Part shown: positions 44,586 through 53,431 of the stretch, in pieces
Layout: each line of letters opens with the position of its first letter
How positions within the stretch are numbered: position 1 is the first letter of the stretch
DNA from: Alistipes sp.
GTDB taxonomy: Bacteria > Bacteroidota > Bacteroidia > Bacteroidales > Rikenellaceae
Direction: 5' to 3'
DNA length: 64,000 nucleotides
NCBI GenBank assembly: GCA_045602705.1
Contig: JAZSCB010000002.1
Span: 15,054 to 79,053, forward strand
Notes under the pieces: generated by a model
What the model was told of the DNA's origin: nothing
Seen by the model: the letters and a program-made list of their open reading frames with translations, nothing else
Database searches by the model: none
Position numbers and translations under genes: made by a program

Positions 44586-45779
44586 ATGAGAGCCCAAGTC
44601 TATCTGAAACGCGGCAAAGAGGAGTCGCTGCTTCGTCGTCACCCCTGGATCTTCTCGGGGGCCGTGGAGTATATCAAAGCCGAGGAGGAGCCCGAAGAGG
44701 GCGCTCTGGTCGATGTCTTCACCAAACAGGGGGAGTTCATCGCCCGTGGCCACTACCAAATCGGCTCCATCGCCGTTCGCGTACTCACCTTCGAGGAGGA
44801 GGAGATCAATGCCGCCTGGTGGCAGCAGCGCATCGCCTCGGCCTATGACGTGCGTCGCACCCTGCAGCTCACCGAGAGCGAAGAGACCACCTGTTACCGC
44901 CTGATTCACGGCGAGGGCGACTCGTTGCCCGGTCTGGTGGTCGACATCTACGGTACGACGGCCGTGGTGCAGTGCCACTCGGTGGGTATGTACCGGGCCC
45001 GTCTGGAGATTGCCGAGGCGATCCGTGCGGTCTATGGGGATCGTATCACCGCCATCTACGACAAGAGTTCGCAGACCGTCCCCTACAAGGCGGGGCTCAA
45101 TGCGGTGGACGGCTACCTCTACGGCCGTGCCGCACACCCCACGCAGGAGGTGTTGGAGAATGGTCACCGCTTCCGTGTCAATTGGGAGGAGGGACAGAAG
45201 ACGGGCTTCTTCATCGACCAGCGACGCAACCGCGAGCTGGTAGGCCACTATGCCAAGGGGCGTACCGTGCTCAACACCTTCTGTTATACGGGCGGTTTCT
45301 CGGTCTATGCAATGGCCGGTGGAGCCAAGGAGGTGGTCTCGGTCGACGCTTCGGAACGAGCCGTGAAGCTCGCTGACGAAAATATGGTGCTGAACTTCGG
45401 TCCCGAGGTGAACCACTCCTCACTGGCGGTCGATGCGGTAGAGTACCTCAAGAATATCGGTCCCAAGTACGACCTGATCATCCTCGATCCTCCCGCCTTT
45501 GCCAAGCACCACAAAGTCCTGGGTAATGCAATGCAGGGCTACAAGCGTCTTAACGCCCGCGCCTTGAGTCAGATCAAGCCGGGAGGCATTCTCTTCACCT
45601 TCTCCTGCTCGCAGGCCGTCTCAAAGGAACTCTTCCGCACCACGGTCTTCTCGGCAGCAGCCATTGCAGGCCGCAAGGTGCGAATCCTCCACCAGCTGAC
45701 CCAGCCCGCCGACCACCCCATCAACATCTATCACCCCGAGGGAGAGTATCTGAAAGGATTGGTATTGTATGTCGAGTAG
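44586..45779 (+). CDS. rlmI: class I SAM-dependent 23S rRNA (cytosine-C5) methyltransferase, RlmI-like
   Basis: It has a PUA-like N-terminus (RRHPWIFSGAV), FFIDQRRNR, the SAM-binding motif VLNTFCYTGGFS, and DLIILDPPAFAK. Confidence 0.85.
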   Translation: MRAQVYLKRGKEESLLRRHPWIFSGAVEYIKAEEEPEEGALVDVFTKQGEFIARGHYQIGSIAVRVLTFEEEEINAAWWQQRIASAYDVRRTLQLTESEETTCYRLIHGEGDSLPGLVVDIYGTTAVVQCHSVGMYRARLEIAEAIRAVYGDRITAIYDKSSQTVPYKAGLNAVDGYLYGRAAHPTQEVLENGHRFRVNWEEGQKTGFFIDQRRNRELVGHYAKGRTVLNTFCYTGGFSVYAMAGGAKEVVSVDASERAVKLADENMVLNFGPEVNHSSLAVDAVEYLKNIGPKYDLIILDPPAFAKHHKVLGNAMQGYKRLNARALSQIKPGGILFTFSCSQAVSKELFRTTVFSAAAIAGRKVRILHQLTQPADHPINIYHPEGEYLKGLVLYVE

Positions 45780-46296
45780 TTTTACCGATTTAAGAAACGA
45801 GTCTATGGAGCGTATTGAACGTGTATTGCATTGGCTTGATGAGCAAGGACTTGCCTACGAGTGGTATGAGCACCCCGCCTCCCCCACCATCGAGGAGGCA
45901 AAGCAGCATTGGCGACAGGATGGGTCGAAGCACTGCAAGAACCTCTTCTTCCGCACCCACAAGGGCAACCGCCACTACCTGGTCTGCTTCGACTGCGACC
46001 AAGCATTGGCCATTCACGACCTGGAGCACCGACTCCGTCAGGGAAAACTCTCCTTCGCCTCGGAGCAGCGAATGGAACGCTACCTGGGATTGCAACCCGG
46101 CTCGGTATCACCCTTCGGCCTGATCAACGATGCGGAGCACCACGTTCATCTCTTTCTGGATGAAAACCTCCGCAAGGAGCACCACTTGAGTTTCCACCCC
46201 AACGACTGCCGCGCCACGGTGGTCATTGCCCGCGAGGAGTTCGAGCGTTACCTCTCTCTGGTAGGCAACAGCTACGAATACATCGAGCTCTACTAA
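45769..46296 (+). CDS. YbaK/ProX-type aminoacyl-tRNA deacylase domain protein
   Basis: Motifs are KNLFFRTHKGNRHYLV and GSVSPFGLIND, typical of prolyl-tRNA-synthetase-associated editing domains. The start is either 45769 (11-nt overlap) or Met 45805. Confidence 0.8.
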   Translation: MSSSFTDLRNESMERIERVLHWLDEQGLAYEWYEHPASPTIEEAKQHWRQDGSKHCKNLFFRTHKGNRHYLVCFDCDQALAIHDLEHRLRQGKLSFASEQRMERYLGLQPGSVSPFGLINDAEHHVHLFLDENLRKEHHLSFHPNDCRATVVIAREEFERYLSLVGNSYEYIELY

Positions 46297-46317
46297 CGAC
46301 AAGAAAGCGACAAAAAA

Positions 46318-46355
46318 ACAGGAAAGCGACCTCAAAAAGGTCGCTTTCCTGTTTT
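46318..46355. terminator. bidirectional rho-independent terminator (ybaK-like / buk convergent)
   Basis: A perfect 14-bp stem, ACAGGAAAGCGACC - TCAAAAA - GGTCGCTTTCCTGT, is flanked by an A-run and a T-run. Confidence 0.85.
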
Positions 46356-46373
46356 ACTTGTGGGCTGAATCCG

Positions 46374-47447
46374 TTAGATGTAGGTCTTGGGATCAATCTC
46401 ACCCTTCAGCACCATCAGAGCATTCATCGAGAGAGCCGAGAGCTCATTCTCACCCGGATAGATGTGTACGGGAGCGATGAACTCACAAGCCTCCTTCACA
46501 CGCACATTCACATAGTCGTTGTAGGCTACACCACCCGTAAGGATGATGGCATCCACCTTACCACAGAGGATGGTAGCCATACCACCGATATTCTTGGCAA
46601 TGGCGAAGCACATCGCCTCCATCACCTGGCGGGCGTGATCGTCGTTGTCGCGCTCGATGCGTACCTCACACACCTCCTGTACGGAGCTGGTACCCAGGTG
46701 GGCCACCAGACCGCCCTTACCGGCAAACATACGCAACAGCTCGGCCTTGGTGTACTTGCCCGAGAAGCAGAGCTCCAATAGCTCATCGGCGGGCAGCGAT
46801 CCGGCACGCTCCGGCGAGAAGGGGCCGTCACCCGTCAGAGCATTGTTGGTATCGATGACACGACCCTTACGGTGGGCACTCACCGAGATACCGCCACCCA
46901 TATGGGCCACAATCAGGTTCAGATCCTCATAACGCTTGCCCACCTCCTTGGCGTAGATGCGGGCCGTAGCCTTCTGATTCAGGGCGTGGAAGATCGAAAC
47001 GCGAGGGCACTCGGGCAGACCCGTGAAGCGGGCCTCGGGGATCAGTTCATCTACCACAACAGGGTCAGCAATATAGGCCTTGACACCAGCAACGCGGGCG
47101 ATCTCGTCAGCAATCAGACCTCCCAGATTGGAGGCGTGCTGACGCTTGGCGTGGGTCAGGTCGTGACGCAACACGTCATTCACCTCATAGACACCACCCT
47201 CGATGGGCTTCACCAGACCACCACGACCGATCACGGCCGAGAGCTCCTCTACCTTGTAGCCCTTCTCCTTCAGAGCGTCGAGAATCAGATCACGTCGCCA
47301 CTCCAGCTGCTCGATAATGCACGAGAAGCGGCCAATCTCCTCCACCGAATGGCGCAGGGTGAGCTCCAGCACGGCCTGGTCGTCCTCGTAGAGGGCCGCC
47401 TTGGTCGAGGTCGAGCCCGGATTGATTGCTAAAATCTTGTATGCCAT
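46374..47447 (-). CDS. buk: butyrate kinase
   Basis: From Met 47447 the product reads MAYKILAINPGSTSTKAALYED... (ASKHA fold) with HMGGGISV. The ~357-aa length is typical. The upstream 28 codons of the track ORF are rejected. Confidence 0.92.
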   Translation of the reverse strand: MAYKILAINPGSTSTKAALYEDDQAVLELTLRHSVEEIGRFSCIIEQLEWRRDLILDALKEKGYKVEELSAVIGRGGLVKPIEGGVYEVNDVLRHDLTHAKRQHASNLGGLIADEIARVAGVKAYIADPVVVDELIPEARFTGLPECPRVSIFHALNQKATARIYAKEVGKRYEDLNLIVAHMGGGISVSAHRKGRVIDTNNALTGDGPFSPERAGSLPADELLELCFSGKYTKAELLRMFAGKGGLVAHLGTSSVQEVCEVRIERDNDDHARQVMEAMCFAIAKNIGGMATILCGKVDAIILTGGVAYNDYVNVRVKEACEFIAPVHIYPGENELSALSMNALMVLKGEIDPKTYI

Positions 47448-47566
47448 AAAAAATTTGTTGTAGGTTGGTTGTTCGGTTGGTAAAAAAGCACCCGAGCGGA
47501 GCCTCTTTCGGGCTCCGACTCCAGTGCACATATCAGTTTTGAAGGTTCATCAGACGGCATACAGGA

Positions 47567-48469
47567 CTACTTGGCCGACAGACAGGCCAGGGCAATCGAG
47601 TAGAGCTTCGTCTTGGTCGAGTCACCACGCGAAGTGAGGACGCAGGGAGCCGTAGGACCGGCCACCATAGCGGCCAGCTCGGCACCGCCGAACTTCGAGC
47701 AAGCCTTGAAGAATACGTTACCCGACTCGAGGTTGGGGAAGAGCAGACAGTCGGCATCACCGGCAACGGGACCCGTCAGCTTCTTGATCTTCACGCTCTC
47801 CTCGTCGATGGCTACGTCAAGAGCCAGAGGACCCTGGAAGAGGGCGTTACCCAGCTCGCCATTCTGACCCATCTCCGAGAGCTGGGCAGCCTCAACCGAG
47901 CTCACCACCTTGGGCAACAGCTGCTCACTGGGAGCCAGCAGAGCCACCTTCGGGCACTCGATACCGAGGTTGTTGGCCACCTCAATTAGGTACTTGGCAA
48001 TCTGCTTTTTCTGATCCAGGGTAGGCAGGGGCAGCACAGCCACGTCGCTCACAACGAGCAGCTTGTGGTAGGCGGGAACCTCCAGTACCGTCACGTGGCT
48101 CAGCGTGGTACCTGCGGGCAGCAGACCCCACTCCTTGTTCAGGATGCCGCGCATATACTTGTCGGTGGGAACCACACCCTTCATCAGCACGTCATACTCA
48201 CCGTTGTGAACAGCCTTCACGGCGATCTCCACAGCCTTTACATCCTCGGCCTCGGGGATGATGGTGTACTGGCTCATATCTACGCCCTCAGCCTCGCACG
48301 ACTTGCGAATCTCCTCGGGGTCACCCACCAGCGTCACCTCTGCCAGACCGGCCTTGATAGCCATATCGGTTGCACCGATCGAGTGGGTATCCTGACCATA
48401 GGCCACAATCATCTTCTTCTTGCCACGAGCTACCGCCGCAGCAACAATCTCATCCAAATGCTTGATCAT
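47567..48469 (-). CDS. ptb: phosphate butyryltransferase (PTA_PTB family)
   Basis: The 300-aa short-form phosphotransacylase has VLMKG...T and SRGDS motifs. It sits immediately upstream of buk. Confidence 0.88.
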   Translation of the reverse strand: MIKHLDEIVAAAVARGKKKMIVAYGQDTHSIGATDMAIKAGLAEVTLVGDPEEIRKSCEAEGVDMSQYTIIPEAEDVKAVEIAVKAVHNGEYDVLMKGVVPTDKYMRGILNKEWGLLPAGTTLSHVTVLEVPAYHKLLVVSDVAVLPLPTLDQKKQIAKYLIEVANNLGIECPKVALLAPSEQLLPKVVSSVEAAQLSEMGQNGELGNALFQGPLALDVAIDEESVKIKKLTGPVAGDADCLLFPNLESGNVFFKACSKFGGAELAAMVAGPTAPCVLTSRGDSTKTKLYSIALACLSAK

Positions 48470-48579
48470 TTCTATTCTTTTTTAGGTTGTAATTTTTTCA
48501 GTTTTTGGTTGTGGGGCACATACGCTCCCTGCAATCCGCACAATCGCGCAATCCGCCCCTGCCGATCTCTATGCGCTCC

Positions 48580-49779
48580 TTACTTCACCAGATTGTAGGT
48601 GTCGGTAGCGATGACCAGCTCCTCGTTCGTGGCGATGATGGCTACCTTGACCTTCGACGAAGGCTTCGAGAGAATGGTATCCACACCACGCACGTTGTTG
48701 GCGTCGGGATTGAACTCCAGACCCATAAACTCCAGACCCTGGCATACCTCCTCACGCAGCTCCTTCGAGTTCTCGCCTACACCGCCCGTGAAGACGATCA
48801 GATCCACACCACCCATCTCGGCGGCATAGGAGCCCACGAACTTCTTGATGCGGTTGTAGTAGAGGTCACGAGCCAGGATGGCGCGCTCGTTGCCGGCTTC
48901 GTAGGCATCATCGATATCACGCATATCACTCGAAAGACCCGTGATACCCAGCACACCCGACTTCTTGTTCATCATCGTATCGAGCTCCTTGAGGCTCATA
49001 CCCTCCTTCTCACCAATGTAGGTAATCGCACTGGCATCGACATTACCGCAACGGGTACCCATTGCCAGACCATCCAGGGGCGAGAAGCCCATCGAGGTAT
49101 CGTACGATTTACCGTTCAGCACGGCCGTGATCGAACCACCGTTGCCGACGTGGCAGGTGATGATCTTCGAGGTATTGAAATCGAGGCCTGCAAACTCGGC
49201 ACCGCGACGAGCAACGAACTTATGGCTCGTACCGTGGAAGCCGTACTTGCGGATACGATACTTCTCGTAGTACTCGTAAGGCAGGGCATACATATAGTTG
49301 ATGGCGGGAATCGTCTGGTGGAACGAAGTGTCGAACACGGCCACCTGCTTCACGCCGGGCAGCACCGTCTCAATGGCCTCAATACCCTGCAGGCTGGCGG
49401 GGTTATGGAGAGGAGCGATCACGCAGAGCTCCTGAATCTTGGCCTTCACATCGTCGTTGATCAACACGCTCTCGGGGAAGTACTCGCCACCGTGGGCTAC
49501 ACGGTGACCTACGGCCTTCACCTCATCAAGCGAAGCGATCACACCGTGCTCGGGATGGGTCAGAGCCTCCATCACCAGGCTGATACCGGTGGTGTGGTTC
49601 TCAATGGGACGGTGAAGCTCAAACTTCTCCTTACCCACCGGCTTGTGGGTCAGATCGCCTTCGGGCAGACCAATACGATCTACCAGACCTTTGGCAAGCA
49701 GCTCGCTCTTGCCCTGCTCCATATCAATCACCTGATACTTGATCGAGGAGCTGCCGCAGTTCAAAACTAAAATTACCAT
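48580..49779 (-). CDS. ackA: acetate kinase
   Basis: The product starts MVILVLNCGSSSIKYQVIDM and has HRVAHGG, FHGTSH and GGVGENS motifs. Length is 399 aa. Confidence 0.95.
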   Translation of the reverse strand: MVILVLNCGSSSIKYQVIDMEQGKSELLAKGLVDRIGLPEGDLTHKPVGKEKFELHRPIENHTTGISLVMEALTHPEHGVIASLDEVKAVGHRVAHGGEYFPESVLINDDVKAKIQELCVIAPLHNPASLQGIEAIETVLPGVKQVAVFDTSFHQTIPAINYMYALPYEYYEKYRIRKYGFHGTSHKFVARRGAEFAGLDFNTSKIITCHVGNGGSITAVLNGKSYDTSMGFSPLDGLAMGTRCGNVDASAITYIGEKEGMSLKELDTMMNKKSGVLGITGLSSDMRDIDDAYEAGNERAILARDLYYNRIKKFVGSYAAEMGGVDLIVFTGGVGENSKELREEVCQGLEFMGLEFNPDANNVRGVDTILSKPSSKVKVAIIATNEELVIATDTYNLVK

Positions 49780-49847
49780 AACGGATTGACTTTTATTGTA
49801 TTATTGTTATTTAAGAATTTTATTTTCCAAAACATCTTCCAATCACG

Positions 49848-49855
49848 CAAATATA
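49848..49855 (-). promoter_or_regulatory. -7 promoter box TATATTTG (ackA)
   Basis: CAAATATA on the + strand lies 69 nt upstream of the ackA ATG, in an AT-rich spacer. Confidence 0.5.
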
Positions 49856-49969
49856 ATAAAAAATCCGCAATCTGCGACACATAAATCAAATTATTTCAAC
49901 CCTGCCATCGGTTTTTATAAAAAAGCGAGATTTTCCCCCTCCCCGTTTGCAAAAAATAATCCCTTTTTC

Positions 49970-49977
49970 TACCTTTG
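49970..49977 (+). promoter_or_regulatory. -7 promoter box TACCTTTG (small lipoprotein gene)
   Basis: An exact match lies 65 nt upstream of the ATG at 50042. Confidence 0.5.
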
Positions 49978-50041
49978 TCCAAGAGCCCGATTGCCATCGG
50001 GAAACCTCCCTGTTACAGAAAACACGAAACAAGGAATACCG

Positions 50042-50563
50042 ATGAAAAAATTACTGCTGATTTTGCTGACTCTCCCAGTGTTATGGGGCTGCGAAAGAGA
50101 GCCTTTGGCCGACTGGGCCTTAATGAATAAAGAGCTTACCTCTCACCTGCATTACGACGTGGACAGGGCAACGGAACTTTTGTGCAAAAAACGCTGGAAG
50201 GAGGAGCTTGTCGCCCAATATTCGGAGGGATGGAAGATGCTGAAATGGATCTCCTCACCGGAGGAGTTAAATGGCCGGACTTCGCCCGTCTACCTCTTCT
50301 ACTCCGACGGCACGATGGAGGTTTGGGGAATCCCCGACGGAATAGACAAAAACTCCTCCGAAAACATCTCGGCAGCGTGGAGCTTCAAGCCGGAGAGGCA
50401 ATTCCTAACCATCACATTTTCATACGATCACAGAGAAACAGGAGAGGAAAAGACCCTCATCAGTCGATACCGACTAAAGGCTTTAAGCGAAGATTCAATG
50501 ATATTGGACTCATACCACAATCCGGGAGAAGGTTGCTACCGAACATTGTGGAGGGCTGAATAG
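50042..50563 (+). CDS. small lipoprotein, lipocalin-like (uncharacterised)
   Basis: The internal Met gives MKKLLLILLTLPVLWGC-ERE (lipobox). The upstream part of the track ORF is AT-rich non-coding sequence. Confidence 0.65.
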   Translation: MKKLLLILLTLPVLWGCEREPLADWALMNKELTSHLHYDVDRATELLCKKRWKEELVAQYSEGWKMLKWISSPEELNGRTSPVYLFYSDGTMEVWGIPDGIDKNSSENISAAWSFKPERQFLTITFSYDHRETGEEKTLISRYRLKALSEDSMILDSYHNPGEGCYRTLWRAE

Positions 50564-50596
50564 CCATCAGCTAAATACAACCTTGAACCATACAAA

Positions 50597-50631
50597 TAAG
50601 CGGCGACCGTTTAGGCCGCCGCTTACTTTTT
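50597..50631. terminator. terminator between convergent lipoprotein and response-regulator genes
   Basis: The stem TAAGCGGCG / CGCCGCTTA has an 11-nt loop and is followed by TTTTT. Confidence 0.65.
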
Positions 50632-51289
50632 ACTGCTCGTTAAACTTATAACCAAGCCCCTTGACCGTTTGGATTCGGTCGTCACCAATCTTCTGGCGAA
50701 GCTTGCGGATATGGACATCGATAGTACGATCACCCACCACCACCTCATCGCCCCAAACGGTGCGGTAGATCTCCTCACGAGTGAAAAGCCGCCCGGGCTC
50801 CGAGGCGAGCAAACGAAGGAGCGCAAACTCCTTGCGGGGCAGGGCAAGCGGCCGCCCCTCCAGGTAGGCTTCACACTGCTGAAGATCGATCTGCAAGGCA
50901 CTCTTCTCGTGAGGAGTTATTCGTTTGAGAATCGCCGCAATACGACTCATCAACACCGCCATACGCACCGGCTTGGCGATATAATCGTCAGCTCCGGCCG
51001 CAAAGCCTTCGAGGTGCTGCTCATCCTCACCCAAAGCCGAGAGAAAGACCACCATCACATCGCGCAACGAGACCTCTTCGCGAATACGGCGACAGGTCTC
51101 CACCCCATCCATTACCGGCATCATTCGATCCAGAAGGATGAGATGAGGGCGCACTTCAAGGGCTTTGGCAAGCCCCTCTGCGCCATTGCGGGCGGTATGA
51201 ACCTCATACCCCGCCTTTTGAAGATTGTAGCCCATAAACTCGAGGATATCATCCTCATCATCGACCAGGAGAATACGATGCGTTGCCAT
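50630..51289 (-). CDS. OmpR/PhoB-type response regulator
   Basis: From Met 51289 the product reads MATHRILLVDDEDDILEF...ILLDRMMPVMDG (receiver Asp) ...KP. A winged-helix output domain follows (LPRKEFALLRLL...RTIDVHIRKLRQKI...GLGYKF). The 161 upstream codons of the track ORF are low-complexity and rejected. Confidence 0.9.
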   Translation of the reverse strand: MATHRILLVDDEDDILEFMGYNLQKAGYEVHTARNGAEGLAKALEVRPHLILLDRMMPVMDGVETCRRIREEVSLRDVMVVFLSALGEDEQHLEGFAAGADDYIAKPVRMAVLMSRIAAILKRITPHEKSALQIDLQQCEAYLEGRPLALPRKEFALLRLLASEPGRLFTREEIYRTVWGDEVVVGDRTIDVHIRKLRQKIGDDRIQTVKGLGYKFNEQ

Positions 51290-51379
51290 AGAAGGTGTTT
51301 CTGTTCGCTCTTTTCGGGTTATTTTCTGCGAAGGTACAAAAAAAGGGGCGAAAAGATTCCCAAAGAGGGAAAAATATCT

Positions 51380-51387
51380 TATCTTTG
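51380..51387 (+). promoter_or_regulatory. -7 promoter box TATCTTTG (DUF349 gene)
   Basis: An exact match lies 45 nt upstream of the ATG at 51432. Confidence 0.55.
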
Positions 51388-51431
51388 CAAGAATTCTATA
51401 CTTTAGTATAGAGCAAACCCTAAAAAACAAG

Positions 51432-53375
51432 ATGATGGCTACCAAAATTTCGAACCTTCCTGCTCCCGAGGAGCAGTTCGACCCCGCGGTCGAGGATGTG
51501 CAGTTAACTTCCGTAACCTCCCCCGAGGAGGCAACCCCTCTTACCCCCGCTGCCCAGCAGCCCGACTTCGCCGACGAGGAGGCCGCCCTGGCCGCCCATA
51601 GCGAGGAGCTCGATCTGGGCGAAGAGAGCCCCGAAGAGGAGGCCGCAGCAACCCCGCAGCAACGCGACGATGCGTTGGAGGGAAAGAGTCGGGAGGAGTT
51701 GATTGCCTGGTTCGAAAAGCTCCTGGAGGAGCGTCCTGTGCAGAGCCTGCGTCGTGAAGCCGAGGCTCTCAAGATTGCTTTCTACAAACAACACCGCGCC
51801 GATGTCGAGGCCGAGAAGCGCGCCTTCGTGGAGGCGGGCGGCAACGAGGAGGAGTTTACCCCCTCGGTTGATTCGTGCGAGAGCCGTCTCAAGGAGCTCT
51901 TCAAAGAGTATCGCACGCGTCGCGATGCCTTTATCGCAAACCTTGAGGAGGAGAAGCTGGCCAACCTGGCCACCAAGCTCCACATCATTGAGGAGCTCAA
52001 GGAGCTGGTCGGCTCGGAGGAGACCCTCAACAACACCTTCACCAAGTTCCGTGAACTGCAGCAGCGATGGAAGGAGACGGGCATCGTCCCCCAGCAGCAT
52101 ATGAAGGATGTCTGGGAGAACTACAACCTCCAGGTGGAGAACTTCTACAGCTTCATCAAGATCAACAAGGAGCTGCGCGATCTCGACCTGAAGAAGAATT
52201 ACGAGCAGAAGATGGCCCTCTGTGAGGCTGCCGAGGCCCTGGTGGAGGAGCCTTCGGTGGTGGAGGCCTTTCATAAATTGCAGAAGTTGCACGACGAGTG
52301 GCGCGAGACGGGCCCCGTAGCGATGGAGTACAAGGAGTCGCTGTGGGAGCGTTTCAAGGAGGCTTCGAGCCGCATCAACAAGGCTCACCAGGAGCACTTC
52401 GAGACCTTGAAGCGTGAGCAGTTGAAGAACCTGGAGCTTAAGACGGGGCTCTGCGAGCAGACCGAGGCCCTGGTAAACCAGCCCCTCACCTCGCGCAAGG
52501 AGTGGACCCGTGCCAACGAGCGTCTGCTGGAGCTGCAGAAGGTATGGAAGAGCATCGGGTTCGCCCCCAAGAAGGAGAACACGCGCATCTATGAGCGTTT
52601 CCGTAACGCCTGCGACAAGTTCTTTGAGTCGAAGCGCAATTTCTATGCCTCGGTGAAGGATGAGATGGAGCACAACCTCCAGCTCAAGCAGGAGCTCTGC
52701 GAGGCGGCCGAGGCCCTGCAGCAGAGCGAGGATTGGAAGCAGGCTACCGACGAGTTGATCGCCCTGCAGGCCAAATGGAAGGAGGTCGGTGCCGTATCGC
52801 GCCGCCACTCCGATGCCGTCTGGAAGCGTTTCCGCAAGGCGTGCGACACCTTCTTTGAGCGCAAAGCAAAGCACTTCTCGGAGGTGGATGGTGCCTATGA
52901 GCAGAATCTGGAGAAGAAGCTGGCCCTGCTGGAGGAGATGGCCCAGGCCGATGTGAAGGCGGGTGGCTATGAGGTGATTCGTGAATTCCAGCGTCGCTGG
53001 AGCGAAATCGGCTTTGTCCCCATCAAGCGCAAGGAGGAGATCCAAAAGCGTTACAAGCAGTTGGCAGACCAGCTCTTTGCTGACCTGCGCTCGGGGGAGC
53101 GCGATCGCTCGATGGGTCGCTTCCGCGAGAAGGTCTCCTCGCTCAAGGAGGGTGGCCAAAAGCGTCTGCAGTCGGAGCGCGAGAAGCTCTACAACAAGGT
53201 GCGCCAGCTCGAGCAGGAGATTCAGCTTCTGGAGAACAACATCGGTTTCTTCGCTAACTCAAAGGGCGCCGAGTCACTGGTGGCCGGGGTTCGCGAAAAG
53301 ATCGAGCGGGCCAAAGAGGAGATGACGGCAGCCATCGAGAAGGTGCGTCTGATTGACGCCGAGGCGGAGAAGTAA
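51432..53375 (+). CDS. DUF349 repeat protein
   Basis: An acidic N-terminus is followed by at least five ~75-aa repeats with the pattern L..W+E.G.V......W.RF+.A.D.FF, for example ELQQRWKETGIVP, KLHDEWRETGPVA, ELQKVWKSIGFAP, ALQAKWKEVGAVS and EFQRRWSEIGFVP. Confidence 0.8.
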   Translation: MMATKISNLPAPEEQFDPAVEDVQLTSVTSPEEATPLTPAAQQPDFADEEAALAAHSEELDLGEESPEEEAAATPQQRDDALEGKSREELIAWFEKLLEERPVQSLRREAEALKIAFYKQHRADVEAEKRAFVEAGGNEEEFTPSVDSCESRLKELFKEYRTRRDAFIANLEEEKLANLATKLHIIEELKELVGSEETLNNTFTKFRELQQRWKETGIVPQQHMKDVWENYNLQVENFYSFIKINKELRDLDLKKNYEQKMALCEAAEALVEEPSVVEAFHKLQKLHDEWRETGPVAMEYKESLWERFKEASSRINKAHQEHFETLKREQLKNLELKTGLCEQTEALVNQPLTSRKEWTRANERLLELQKVWKSIGFAPKKENTRIYERFRNACDKFFESKRNFYASVKDEMEHNLQLKQELCEAAEALQQSEDWKQATDELIALQAKWKEVGAVSRRHSDAVWKRFRKACDTFFERKAKHFSEVDGAYEQNLEKKLALLEEMAQADVKAGGYEVIREFQRRWSEIGFVPIKRKEEIQKRYKQLADQLFADLRSGERDRSMGRFREKVSSLKEGGQKRLQSEREKLYNKVRQLEQEIQLLENNIGFFANSKGAESLVAGVREKIERAKEEMTAAIEKVRLIDAEAEK

Positions 53376-53431
53376 CCCGACACACAACCCACGAAAACAA
53401 GAAACAAAAAAATAAAAAAAACGACTACAGT

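Noticed and set aside
51290-51772. The N-terminal 161-codon extension of the response-regulator ORF 50630..51772.
   Set aside because: The translation is Ser/Ala/Arg-rich and low-complexity. It runs through the divergent promoter spacer and into the antisense of the DUF349 gene. A canonical receiver domain begins exactly at Met 51289.
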